NCBI GenBank assembly: GCA_964035545.1
Contig: OZ037766.1
Span: 17,695,081-17,759,080, forward strand
Source of the DNA: Bugula neritina
Lineage: Eukaryota > Animalia > Bryozoa
Reading direction: 5' to 3'
Length of the DNA: 64,000 nucleotides
In this document: positions 23,247-36,800 of the stretch, in pieces
Numbering within the stretch: the stretch's first letter is position 1
Layout: each line of letters starts with the position of its first letter
Position numbers and translations under genes: made by a program
The notes under the pieces: model-generated
What the model saw: only the letters and a program-made list of their open reading frames with translations
Databases searched by the model: none
Told to the model about the DNA's origin: nothing

Positions 23247-26200
23247 ATATTACATGGTAGCCAGTACGTGTTGCTGAAACCAAGTTAAAGTTATTAGCTA
23301 TTTTATACATACAAAGTTAAAGTGTGTTTTATCGCTATGGCTAAGTTTAACCCCCCCTAAAGAGTTCAACTTTGATCCGTCTGGCTGGGCTGAATGGTTT
23401 GCTCGCTGGAGTCGTTATAGGACACTGTCAAAGCTCAATCAAGAGGAAGAACAGTTACAAGTTGACAGCTTTCTCTATTGTATGGGAAATAAAAGCGAGA
23501 GCCTTTTCAATGATTTAGCACTGTCGGATGAAGATATTAAGGGCTACCAAAACGTATTTGAAACTTTTCAGAAGTATTTTTCTCCGCGTAAGTACGTGAT
23601 TTATGAAAGAGCTCGTTTCTTCAGGCGCTGCCAACAACAAGGAGAAACTGTTGAACAGTATGTTAGGTCTCTAAATGACATAGCAGATAGGTGTGAATTT
23701 TCCAATAGATCAGAGCAAATGCGAGACAGAATTGTGGTAGGTATCACAGACACTAACTGCAGTCGTGAAATGCAGAAAATGAATGTTGAAGACCTAACTG
23801 AAGAGGTTGCCATAAATATGGCTAGACAATTTGAGCAAGTAGACAAGAACATTAAAGACTTGACAGAAAGTCATACTCAGGGTAGTACTAGTAGTACTTC
23901 GGTTGATGCTGTCTCCAAATTCAGTAGTAGTAGTAGTCACACAAACAAGTCTCAGAAGCACAGCTTTAGGAGTAACAGTACTAGGCAAACTCATAGCTTT
24001 ACTCCATGTAGCTGATGTGGTTATGTAAACCACACGAGAGGTACATGCCCTGCAAAAGATTGTAAGTGTAAGCGCTGTGGTAAACTCGGACATTACGCAA
24101 AAATGTGTAAATCTAACCTGCCAGTCAAGTTCAGCAAGTCGAAGAAGAAGTGGACAGCATATTTCTGGGTGAAATAGTGGAGAGTAATGTAGGAGTGTGG
24201 ACCAAAACTATTGTTGTAGACAAGCTTGACTTTCCAGTTCAGTTCAAACTCGATACTGGTGCAGATGTCTCCATACTTCCTCAAAGGCTATGTTCTAATG
24301 TGCCATTAGTAAAGACTAAGAAACATTTTTAGGCCCAGGTAACACTAAGATACCAGTTGTAGGCTGTTTTAATGCTAAACTTTCTGTAGACAATGTTACT
24401 CACACTGAAACTATTTATGTTGTAAACCAAACAAAAGCCTTGCTATGCATGTGTTAAGCTAGGGTTAATTTCTTGTAAGTGTGATGTAGACTCTGTTACT
24501 AATGTTACTGACAACTCTGTATTTTGTAGAAAATTCCCAAAACATTTTAGTGGTTTAGGTAAAACGAATCATACTGTAGGTATAGAGTTGCGTTCTGAGT
24601 GTAAACCATTTGCTATTAAGCACCCCTCGTTCGGTCCCTTACATCTTGTTGTCTAGTGTTAAGCAGGAGTTGAATGATATGGTTGCTAAAGGAGTAATTT
24701 CTTCAGTCAGTGAGCCCACAGATTAGTGTGCTCCCATGGTTGTAGTCCTCAAGGCTAATCGAAAAGTGAGAATCTGTGTTGATTACACTGAGTTGAACAA
24801 AGTTGTTCGTTGAGAAGTGCACCTCATGGCTCATGTTGAGTCAAGTCTCGCCAAGCTTGGTAATGGTAACTTTTTTACAGTACTCGATGCTAACTCAGGT
24901 TTCTATCAGATTCCTCTCTCCCCCAAAGCTAAAATGTTGACTACATTCTTGTCTCCGTTTGGTAGGCTTGCCTTTAACCGTGTACCTTTTGGGTTGTCCT
25001 GTAGTCCAGAATTGTACTGCAAAATTGTTTCACAGGTTCTGGAAGGTTTGGATGGTGTTGTCTGTCACATGGACAATGTTTGCATTTGGGGTAAATCTCA
25101 AGAAGAACATGATAGTCGTGTTCGTGCTGTTTTGCGTAGGATGGTTGACGCTGGTATGACTCTAAATGTTGAAAAATGTAAGTTCTCTCGTAGCAGTATC
25201 AAGTTTCTTGGTCATGTCATATCCTCTTCTGGCATTCGTGCTAATCCCGAAGCAATTCAGGGTATAGAAAGTTTTGCCACTCCAACTTGTGTTAAGGATG
25301 TTCGTAGTTTCCTTGGAATGGCTAATCAGCTTAGCAAGTTCTCCACCAGGTTAGGTGAACTCAGTGCTCCCTTGCGTGAGCTTCTTCATAAAAAAAAATC
25401 CTTGAATTTGGGATGTTGCTCAAAAACAAGCCTTCTGTGACATCAAGAAAGAGTTACAACGTTGTGTTGAACTCGCTCTCTATAGTCCTCAGCGTGAAAC
25501 AGTTATTCACACTGATGCTTCTCAATGTGATATAGGTGCTGCTCTGTTCCAATATCAAAACAATGGCGAGCTACGCCTAGTCTGTGCTGCTTCTCGTGTG
25601 CTCAGTGAGACAGAGAAGAGGTATGCTACCATAGAACAAGAAGCTTTAGCAGTTGTTTGGGCTTGTGAAAAGTTTAGGGATTATATTGTTGGCCTTAGAG
25701 TGGTTATCAAAACTGATCACAAACCTTTAGTTCCCCTCTTGAATGATATTGAGCTTGACAGAAACCCTGCACGTATTCAGAAGTTTAAAATGTGTCTCAT
25801 GAGGTTCCAATATCAAGTGGAACACATTTCTGGAAAAAAGAATGTTATTGCAGATGCCCTTTCTCGTTCTGTAGGTCCCATCAGTGAGGCTGATGTTATG
25901 TTTATGGAAGAAGTAGAGCTTTTCGCTGTGTCAGCATCGCATAATACTGCCACTTCTCCTCGCTTGAAAGAGTTGAAAGTTCAACAAGAGAATGATGAGT
26001 TCTTATCTCGTGTTCTCCAATATGTTAGGTCTAGTTGGCCCACATATTTGCCGTCTCATGAAGTTTTGTTGCACCCCTATTTTGAATATAGGTCTAGGCT
26101 TTCTACGATTGAAGATACTTTAGTTCTTGATAGTCGCATTGTTATTCCCCATGCCGAACGTCTAGCTGTGCTTGACAAAATTCAGTGGTCACCTTGGCAT

Positions 26201-27459
26201 CACCAAATGTAGGTCTCGAGCTGCACAGTCAGTCTGGTGGCCCAATATGTCCCAGCAGATTGCGGAGATGGTTAAAAAATGTGAGTCCTGTAGGAAAGAG
26301 TCAAACGTTCAACAATCTCCACTCCTTCGTTCTGAGTTTCCTAGTCGTCCTTGGGAAAAACTAGGCAGTGATTTGTTCTATTTTGACAGTAAGTGGTTCT
26401 TGCTAGTAGTCGATTACTATTCTCGTTTTATCAAAGTTGCATTGTTGGAGGATCTCACCAGTTCCAAAGTTATACTCCATTTGAAGAGCATTTTGCTCGA
26501 CATGGTGTCCCAGAGGTCCTGATTTCTGATAATGGTGTGCAATATGCTTCAGAGGAAATTAAATCCTTCGCCCGAAAGTTTGGTTTTACCCATTTTACCA
26601 GTTCTCCTAAACACCCCCAGGGAAACGGTGCAGCTGTTAAAAACATTTTAAAGAAAGGACAAGATCCGTATTTAGGGTTGATGGCTTATAGGTCTTCACC
26701 GTTGGAAAATGGTGTCTCTCCAGCTGAGTTGTTGATGGATCAGAAACTGCGCACTACGGTGCCTTCTTTGCCATCAGTGTTGGCCCCAAAGCAGCCCGAT
26801 GTAGAACGGGTTAAGCAAAAAGAGGCTCACGCTAGAGCCCAAAGCAAAGATACATTTGACTTGAGACATCGAGTTGTGGTCCCCCCACCGTTAAGTCCTA
26901 GTGATAGAGTTCATGTGCGTGATCTAAATCGTGATGCTGAAGTTGTTAGTACTTCCCCTGCAAGGCCCTGATCAATTGTTGTTAAAAGTACTAATGGTGT
27001 CCCACTCAGACGCAATGTTCCCAACCTAGTGCCACTACAAACTACTGAGGTGTCTGATGACAATAATGTCGCAAAAAAATCTTGTTTTGGTAGAACTATT
27101 AAACCTAGACAGATTTTGGATTTGTAAATAGACTATGTGCTGTGTTTGGTTTCATTTTATTATGTATTGTATTACCATTGTGTTTGTTTTCACTAGTGTA
27201 CTAAAATGTCTCTGTGTACTATCAATATGTTTCCAATGTGTGTTTTCTGCTGTATTACAATTTTGTGTAGACTCCCCATCTTTTATTATTGTCTTGAGAA
27301 AGGGAGGTGTTGTATTATAATGTACTCGCTATAATGTTACGCTTTTATTAGGTCAAGGTTACCTTCAGTTTGAATAAAGTTATCGCCATGTTAAATACAA
27401 TACTTGCTTGTGTTCATTAACAAAATATAATCTACTTCATCCGCAACCATAATATTACA
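23247..27459 (+). mobile_element. Gypsy E4 (Mag-like lineage), gag-pol with stops and frameshifts; 3' LTR 27308-27459
   Basis: Gag with double knuckle (CKRCGKLGHYAKMC), protease KLDTGA, RT (LDANSGFYQ, HMDN), RNase H (RYATIEQEAL, TDHKPL), integrase; PPT gagaaagggagg; only the last 8 nt (atattaca) of its 5' LTR remain next to E3. Confidence 0.9.
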
Positions 27460-28290
27460 CTATGGGTTGGTATATTGGTACGAATTGCTTGGCTTGACCT
27501 GCAAGATAACTCAGCTCCTGTCAATCTGTATATAGGGGGTAAATTTGAGACTCCGGTGAAGGTATTCGCCTGGTGGTGCTCCACAGTCTTGGATCCTGGG
27601 CCAACACTCACTAATACACCCTAACACATTCTATTGTATTCCAACACACCTATTCTCCTCTGCCCACAATCTTCAATCACTTAATTAACTCAATCTCACC
27701 AATCTCTCTCATACACACTCTGTTTTATATCTGACACACTCACACAGGCCACACCCACAATATATCTATGATGGTGCAAATATTACAGAGTTGTGTTCCT
27801 CTCATGATGCATGCAACAGCAAGAGAAGACAACTACAACTAAGTAAAGAAACTCGATATGACACTTTTATTGCGCTTTTGTTTACTGTAAGTTATTGTAT
27901 AAAATATAAAGATAAAGCTGGCTAAAACTAATAGATAAACCATAGCATAACATTTGCTCTTTATTATAATATATGTCATGCTTCTCATGCACATTTTTAT
28001 GCTAGATAAATTCAGTCTATATCAAGCATTACAAGAAGATTATTTTGTTTGTATTATTTTCAATAGCAGTGACTGGTTTCAATTTCTTGTAAATTCTAAC
28101 TGAAAACATTAAGAGGCTCATTCAGTCGCCATGACTGTGAGCTAATAAAAGTACAATATTCTGGAATTTTATAGGAGCACAGTTGCAAAATTATATTATT
28201 GTTGTGTTGCACTGATAATGTTGCAACAAGATGTAATATAACATGTGTGCATACATATGTATGTTGTATCCGGAATTTCAACTCTTTATT

Positions 28291-28329
<39 letters not shown>

Positions 28330-28334
<5 letters not shown>

Positions 28335-28378
28335 CGAGTTTCATGCGCATTGAATATACACAATCTTCAGATAAAATA
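28330..28378 (-). ncRNA. Truncated hammerhead-like motif of a third PLE family
   Basis: Minus strand: CTGAAGA-T-TGTGTAT attca ATGCGCA-T-GAAA-CTCGTT; the 3' strand of stem I is replaced by (TA)n. Confidence 0.45.
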
Positions 28379-28403
28379 CCTCTTCAGCACTCCTCAGGCA
28401 CAA

Positions 28404-28454
28404 TATTGTGCCTGAGGAGTGCTGAAGAGGCATGAAACTACCAGTAGCGCAATA
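28404..28454 (+). ncRNA. Type I hammerhead ribozyme in a short PLE remnant (28379-28492) with a 52-bp palindrome
   Basis: tattgtgc CTGAGGA gtgct gaaga ggcat GAAA ct acc a GTA gcgcaata; all three helices pair. Confidence 0.8.
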
Positions 28455-28490
28455 CAATAACATCTAACTAAATTGCTCTTTTCTTCAATA

Positions 28491-28767
<277 letters not shown>

Positions 28768-28854
28768 CCAGAAGAACCAAGAGTGTATATATTAATATGC
28801 ATGAAATTATTATAATAAAATGTTTTATCAAATTTAACTGTGACATTCTAACTC

Positions 28855-28974
<120 letters not shown>

Positions 28975-29394
28975 ATTGTATCGTGAGATTTTTAAAAAAC
29001 AGCGATAAAAAAGTGCTCAAATTATTACGTGTATAATAATGAGCAATTATATTATTGAGGAAAAGAGCAATTTAATTATATAGATGTTGTTTTATTGTAC
29101 TACTAATAGTTTCATGCCTCTTCGGCACTCCTCAGGCACAATATTGACAAATTTAAATTTTTACATTAAAAAAATCAAAATGCTAAACACAAGGTAAAAC
29201 GTAACGAAAACATAGCAGTGGCTGTATTGTTATAATATAGTTTTGTAGGTGTAAATTAATATATAAAAACCATAATGTAATGTACAAACATAATTTATAG
29301 CAGATGCATGAAGTTTTTGTTGGGTGACTATTCTCTATGGGTATTTGTATATTATTTACTATAGTACTTAAAATATAAATAGGCTACAGAGTTT

Positions 29395-31092
29395 CTAGGT
29401 TTTGTGGTTGCACAGTAAGAATTTTTTTGAGTGTCGGCAGGTTGATAAGAGTTCGTTTCGCTTGTTTAAAGTACACATGTTAGGTTTGTATAAAATAAAG
29501 AAACATTCCCATAGGCATAAATTACACCTTTTGGTAGTTGTGTTGTATGGTTTCGCTTTTCTTAATATTTTCCAGCTTATGTTGTGCTTAATGTTTTTGT
29601 TAGTTAGTTGCCAAATGTGTTTGCTAAGTTCTGTTTGATTTGCTTTCTCCTTGTTTTTAAATGATGATCTGTGGTTTGCGTATCTTAGTTTGAACGGTCC
29701 TTCACTTAGGCCAATGTATGTTGCAGGCTCGTTTTCGGTAGTTTCCACAGTTGCTTGGTATATAACTCTGCTCTCCTGGCAGCTTCCTTTCAGCGGACAA
29801 CTTTCTTTTTTTCTACAGTTGCAGTTTTTTCTAGGGGTTTTGTTTTGTTGCTTCTGTTTCTCTAATAGTCTGCTATTGTGGGCATTTATGGTCTGTTTTA
29901 TGTTTGGCATGCAGCTGTAGCTAACCTTTATAGTGTTTTTGTTGATTATTTTATAGAGTGGGTGTTGTTTTGGAAATTCCTCGTTCATGATTTTAAAGAA
30001 GATTTTTGCAATTCTTGTGGTTACATGTTGGCTGTATGGTGGATTGTACCAAACAACTTTTCTTTTTCGGTTTCGAGATTTCTGTTGTGTGTTGTTTGTT
30101 TGGGTTCTTGGTAGGAATTGTAGTTGGTGTTTGTAGCCACTTTGGTTTAGGAGGTTTTGGTGGTTGTAGGTGGATTGTGTGAAAATTTTCTCGTTAGATG
30201 ATATTGACGACAGTCGTTTATTAACGGACGAGGGTAGGTTGGAGATTATGCTTGCTGGGTGGTTGGATTTGTTATGAATATATTTAGTAGAACTGTTTGG
30301 CTTAGTGTATGGTGTGTAGGTTTTATTATTTAGGTTGAGTGTGGTGTCTAAGAAGTTAATAATTTTTTTATTTGCTTCGATTGTTATTTTTAATCCATTT
30401 TCAGAAAATATTTTGCAGATGTCCTTTTTTATGTTCTCTATTTCTCTGGGTGTTTTGTCAGAGACTCCTAAGCCGTCATCTCTGTACAGGCCGAAGTTTT
30501 TGCCATGTTTTAGTGTTATTGAGTTTAAAATGTAAGCCCCAACTAATTCGCATGTTTCCGCGCCGTCGTATCCTCCCATTGTAACGTCGAAGAGGTTGTG
30601 GTTATGTTTTCCCCATGCCTTTCCAGAGTTGAAGAGTAGTGAATTTTTGGCATGTATAATTATTTCTCTTTCATCTTCGCTAATTGTATCAAATTCCGAT
30701 GCAAAACTTAGAGCGTTTTCAAGTAGGCTTTTTGAAATTGAAGGGTAAAAGTCTATGACGTCAAATGAAATAAATGTCTGTTGATGTTTGTTGTTAATTC
30801 CTTCAAACCATTTTATTACATCAGTGGTGTTTTTCCATTGGTTTAGGTGTGTGTTTGTGAGAATTTTGTTATTTATTCGGTCTAATATTTTCTTACTAAT
30901 CTTTCCTATCTCTGGTTTGCAGGGGTTAATGAGGCGGCAACTTGGTTTATTTGTAAAATTGTCCTTGTGATCTTTCAGTGTGATGAAAGCTTCTTGCTCA
31001 CTAGTTGTAGTGACTCTGTCCATAAGGTCTAGTTTGTTAACAATTTGGTTTGTTTTAGTTTTGATTTTGTCTATTGTGTGTTTGCTTACCTT
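29395..31092 (-). CDS. PLE reverse transcriptase plus GIY-YIG endonuclease (5'-truncated, frame open)
   Basis: SFDVIDFYPSI, VTMGG, LYRDDGL, NFLD, CNCRKKESCPL linker, VIY...YIG...RY, CNLC. Confidence 0.92.
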   Translation of the reverse strand, partial: KVSKHTIDKIKTKTNQIVNKLDLMDRVTTTSEQEAFITLKDHKDNFTNKPSCRLINPCKPEIGKISKKILDRINNKILTNTHLNQWKNTTDVIKWFEGINNKHQQTFISFDVIDFYPSISKSLLENALSFASEFDTISEDEREIIIHAKNSLLFNSGKAWGKHNHNLFDVTMGGYDGAETCELVGAYILNSITLKHGKNFGLYRDDGLGVSDKTPREIENIKKDICKIFSENGLKITIEANKKIINFLDTTLNLNNKTYTPYTKPNSSTKYIHNKSNHPASIISNLPSSVNKRLSSISSNEKIFTQSTYNHQNLLNQSGYKHQLQFLPRTQTNNTQQKSRNRKRKVVWYNPPYSQHVTTRIAKIFFKIMNEEFPKQHPLYKIINKNTIKVSYSCMPNIKQTINAHNSRLLEKQKQQNKTPRKNCNCRKKESCPLKGSCQESRVIYQATVETTENEPATYIGLSEGPFKLRYANHRSSFKNKEKANQTELSKHIWQLTNKNIKHNISWKILRKAKPYNTTTKRCNLCLWECFFILYKPNMCTLNKRNELLSTCRHSKKFLLCNHKT

Positions 31093-31094
31093 AC

Positions 31095-32091
31095 AAAAAT
31101 AACAATCAAAGCAAATAAAAAAATTATTAACTTCTTAGACACCACACTCAACCTAAATAATAAAACCTACACACCATACACTAAGCCAAACAGTTCTACT
31201 AAATATATTCATAACAAATCCAACCACCCAGCAAGCATAATCTCCAACCTACCCTCGTCCGTTAATAAACGACTGTCGTCAATATCATCTAACGAGAAAA
31301 TTTTCACACAATCCACCTACAACCACCAAAACCTCCTAAACCAAAGTGGCTACAAACACCAACTACAATTCCTACCAAGAACCCAAACAAACAACACACA
31401 ACAGAAATCTCGAAACCGAAAAAGAAAAGTTGTTTGGTACAATCCACCATACAGCCAACATGTAACCACAAGAATTGCAAAAATCTTCTTTAAAATCATG
31501 AACGAGGAATTTCCAAAACAACACCCACTCTATAAAATAATCAACAAAAACACTATAAAGGTTAGCTACAGCTGCATGCCAAACATAAAACAGACCATAA
31601 ATGCCCACAATAGCAGACTATTAGAGAAACAGAAGCAACAAAACAAAACCCCTAGAAAAAACTGCAACTGTAGAAAAAAAGAAAGTTGTCCGCTGAAAGG
31701 AAGCTGCCAGGAGAGCAGAGTTATATACCAAGCAACTGTGGAAACTACCGAAAACGAGCCTGCAACATACATTGGCCTAAGTGAAGGACCGTTCAAACTA
31801 AGATACGCAAACCACAGATCATCATTTAAAAACAAGGAGAAAGCAAATCAAACAGAACTTAGCAAACACATTTGGCAACTAACTAACAAAAACATTAAGC
31901 ACAACATAAGCTGGAAAATATTAAGAAAAGCGAAACCATACAACACAACTACCAAAAGGTGTAATTTATGCCTATGGGAATGTTTCTTTATTTTATACAA
32001 ACCTAACATGTGTACTTTAAACAAGCGAAACGAACTCTTATCAACCTGCCGACACTCAAAAAAATTCTTACTGTGCAACCACAAAACCTAG
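31095..32091 (+). pseudogene. Inverted duplicate of the PLE thumb plus GIY-YIG coding region
   Basis: Translation matches the C-terminal ~330 aa of the minus-strand ORF (one E/K difference near the junction). Confidence 0.9.
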
Positions 32092-32342
32092 AAACTCTGT
32101 AGCCTATTTATATTTTAAGTACTATAGTAAATAATATACAAATACCCATAGAGAATAGTCACCCAACAAAAACTTCATGCATCTGCTATAAATTATGTTT
32201 GTACATTACATTATGGTTTTTATATATTAATTTACACCTACAAAACTATATTATAACAATACAGCCACTGCTATGTTTTCGTTACGTTTTACCTTGTGTT
32301 TAGCATTTTGATTTTCTTAATGTAAAAATTTAAATTTGTCAA

Positions 32343-32393
32343 TATTGTGCCTGAGGAGTGCCGAAGAGGCATGAAACTATTAGTAGTACAATA
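32343..32393 (+). ncRNA. Type I hammerhead ribozyme (mirror copy 29093-29143, minus); predicted cleavage after GUA at 32385
   Basis: tattgtgc CTGAGGA gtgcc gaaga ggcat GAAA ct att a GTA gtacaata: complete core and three helices. Confidence 0.85.
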
Positions 32394-32428
32394 AAACAAC
32401 ATCTATATAATTAAATTGCTCTTTTCCT

Positions 32429-32464
<36 letters not shown>

Positions 32465-33829
32465 AGATTACATTCAATATATAGAACCATACATATTGCT
32501 ACAGGAATGCCAAATACCAAACCATAATTATGTTTGTTAAGCCAAGATAACTACTATCTTCAATCATCAAATGCAAATTACATACATAAGTTTCGAAACC
32601 AAATTACAACAATAACTTCACTTCATTCTAACTGACTAGCTTCATAATTTTAAAGTTCAAAATTTAGTTTAACATTTTTTATTTATAATTTAAACTTTCC
32701 TTCGAGAATAGTAAGTTCTTTATGTTCTACAATTTGGAATATTTTAATTCCGCCAAGAGTCATACTTTTGCAACAACAAAAGGCAAACTAAATTGCTGAA
32801 GGACCATGGTGGTGTATAAAAGCAGCTTCCCTTTTAATTATGAAATTCCCTGATATTTGAAGTAAATTATATGAAATTTATTATAATTATTTAATGCTAT
32901 TTGGTTCTTCTGGCTTTTTTATTGAACAATAGTTTCATTATAAACAATTATATATCTGGCATTATATCATTATGATTACTGCGAAACTCTCAGTGTGGGT
33001 AAAGTACATTGTAGTCTACATGACGTGTTGACAGGTTCACAATATATTATTTGCCATGGAGAGTTGTTACACATTTTTACTAACCTAGCTGCACACAGAA
33101 ATAATAGTTTGCTATTTTCTCAAGATTCTGTGATGTTTATTGTTGTACTTCAATAAAACGTTTTTGACAATTTTTCATTACCTATTTCCTTATACTTTTG
33201 AATATCTTCAAGGCTGGTAGTGTGCCACATGCACTCCAGTCTCCATATCAAATTAATTAATTATAGAACGTTGCAAAAGAAGTATATTGAGTAGGAATAT
33301 TGCAAAATTTTGTTATTTGATTAAGTGAGTCTTATGAACCAGGTCTCTAGCCATTACAGGAGATCTGTTAAACGATAGAGTGGCTTGTATTTCTTTCATG
33401 ATTTTAAAATCTCAATCAGTAGAGATTTAAAGCTTCAAGACATTATATTTTGAATTTTAATATAAGTGCATCATTACACCCTCTATTTTTGCCAGGGATA
33501 ACAATAAAAAATAGGTACTCTAGAAAACAATCGTCAGGGAAGAAATATTCACCGAAAAAGCAGTGAATGACATTTCTAATTGAATCATAATTTCAAGTAA
33601 AACACAATTACTTGGTACTTCCATATTTTAAATTATGTAAATTATTACTAATTAAATTCAGCAAACAGAAGTAGATTTATAATACATGTGTGACAAATAA
33701 AAGAGTGAATATTTTTAGCAAAATTGCTCAAAATGTATTTAAAATAGACCACAACAAAACTTTCAGCGTTTACACCACACGTTCACTTGGGTGTTGACCT
33801 TCAGTCTATAAAAAAGCTCAGGACAACCT

Positions 33830-36800
33830 TCATTTCTTTTGCGAAACCACATGCTTATCAAGAATGGATTGATCACGCTCTTTAGATGGCACCATTCTAC
33901 TGAACAAAGTCTCAACAACTGTTAATTTTTGCAAGCAGCTCTCAGGAGATGATAAATCCAGAAATGACATAGAACTTGGTATTCGAACATAGCAGATCAT
34001 CAATTCCTGCAAATAATAAATGCGTTGGAATAGCTATTATCAAAAATAGCTGTTGATTGAAAACCTTTTAAAATGCAACACATGCCTATTCAACACTAAC
34101 ATACTCAACGCATGCATAATAAACACATGTATATATAATAAACACATATAAATAAACATTTGTACATTCAACACATGTATAATAAAAATTTGCAAATTCA
34201 CACTTCTATTATCATATATGCAAATATTAGACAGCAAGTTTAAAACTACTAGTAGGTAAACTGTAACAGCTCCAAGTATGTGGTGCAAGCTCTAAGGCCT
34301 AAGATGTCCACATGCATACATATATACCAATGCACATGTGCTATATTTAAAGATCTTCTATCATTACAGTGCCACTAGATTTAATTGTTTCTAAGTAAAA
34401 AAATACAAAATTTGAAGTACTCATACATTATCTTCAGTTATCTACTATACAAGTCTGCTAAGGAAGCTATACTATCAGAATTAACTTCATTATATTTATG
34501 CATAATATGTATAAATAGAAATTTCAACTAAAACAACTGTTATGACTGATATTGATTATAATTGAAGTTTGTTTTGCCAACACAAAGACTTTATGTAAAA
34601 CCAAGAAAATTAAACAGAAAAAAGTTAGCAAATACATAATTTAGAGCCCTCATAAAGTCTTTCCAAATAATTGTTTGGTATGGGAGAGCTCTCAGCTTCA
34701 GTTTATATAAACCATAGCCTCTGCCATAATTATAATTGTTAATTAAAACTGTTTTTCTTATGAACCACAAGGTTGCGTTGTTTCCAAAAGGCTTCAATTT
34801 AAAACATCAACTTCATGTTAAAAAAGTGCAATCTATTAATATAAAAACTCACACAAGTTTATAGTCACTATCCCTGTGAGAACCCCTGATTGAAGAGGTT
34901 TTTGTTAACAAAGTGTTTTGGCTAAGGACTTATTCAGATGGGGCACATGAGCAATTATGACTGGATACTCTTCCTAACATTACCATTGACCTTTGTTGGA
35001 GTTGGAGCCCATGACTAGGCAAATGCTGTAACCCCTAGACTACGGCTATTTCCTTGAATGCATTGATATATTGGTTTTATTTTATATTATTGCTAAGCTG
35101 CACTTAATCAAGATCAGCCGTAGACATTTTCACTTGGATAGCTGGCTAGTCTGTACTAACACGTTTATCTTAAATCAAATTTCATTGAGCTTAAATAAAA
35201 ATTCACCATTTATAGAGTACCAGCCAAACCAAACTATTGCATGATACTTGAAAAATGTTGTCAACTTATTCACCTATAAATAAAAATTTATTTGATAGGC
35301 TTTATTAAACATGTAAACATTCATGTGTACAGGATAAATAGCCATACCTTTCGAACATTATTTATAACTCTAGCTAATCCCATTAATTTAGCCCAAGACA
35401 ATGAACGCCTGTTGTAGCCCTTTAGATCCTTAAGAGTAGCCGAATCGCAGCATCTCACAATAACTCCCAAACTAGAATGAAAATATCTGGCGCCTTTTTT
35501 ATAAACCACTGTAAAACGAATGTAGTCACCTATTACCAGTAGATGAAAAGCAACAGAACTAAGTAACTGGATGAAGACATGAAAATTTTGACACAAGCAG
35601 AAAAGCTCAAAAAGTATATAATATTGTTTTATTAGACTTTGAAAATTGAATACAAAAATATGGGGTGTGACTAAAATGGGTGGCCACCCGGTGTCGAGGT
35701 CTGTGACACCCACTTGGGTGTCACAGACCTTTTTAACAAAAAACAAACTTATTAAGAGTTATCTTTCCTAATCAAAAATTTAATTTTCACTTAATTTTAC
35801 TGTTATCGTTATGATCATAGACATGCTAACTCATGAAACATGTACTTTAAACTATTAAAAACGTTTTGAGCAATATTAACAAACAAAAATGTCTACAAAA
35901 TGTGAAAATAAAACTAAAAATATTCGCGACACCCATTTTAGTCAAAACACCCACGAATGACTAAAATGGGTGTCACTGTGATTTTTGCTTTATTTTTAGC
36001 TTTCTGGGCGGTTTTGGATACTATAAATTATGTCATGTTGAAACTTTTACTTGCTTTTACTAATTGAAATTATTAAAATTTTTAATACTTACAAATATTA
36101 GGGAAAGATAATAAAAACAAAACTAAGAACTAAGGAAAGATAACTCTAGGGGGTGTCACTGATGGTTTCGGTTTTTATTATATTTTATTATTATTGTAAA
36201 TTATTATTTAATACTACTGTCATTTAAGGTGAAACAGTTATAATATATTAGAGTTTTCCTAAAGTTTTGATCAACAACCAATTTAACAACAAGAATTGCC
36301 AAAAAGCTAAAAAATAGAGCAACAATCACCGTGACACCCATTTTAGTCATTTGGGGGGGGGGGGGGTTTTGACCAAAATAGATGTCGCAAAAATTTTTAG
36401 TTTTATTTTCACATTTTGTGAACATTTTTTTTGGTTAATATTGCTCTCAGTATTTTCACCAGTTTAAAGTATATAGTTCATTAGTCAGCATGTCTAGAAA
36501 CTGAAAAATAACTATGAAATTAAATTAAAATACATGTATTGAATTTTTTGCGACACCCCCTAGTTTTTGACCCCAAAGGTTTTACGATGACTTTAATCTT
36601 ATTTATCCTATGGCGCAGTTTCGTAGCTTTTTAATTAGCTAAGTTGGTGTATAAATGCAAAAGCAGTTTAATGATGTTAAGTGTAAAATTATATCTATCC
36701 TCAATGCTAAATGCAAATAAAAAAATCTTGTGACACCCATTTTAGTCATTGTGGACTAAAATGGGTGTCGCGAATATTTTTAGTTTTATTTTCACATTTT

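Noticed and set aside
29395-32340. Selenoprotein-type PLE with SECIS
   Set aside because: No in-frame UGA in the visible ORF and no AUGA/GA SECIS core seen in the 3' UTR.
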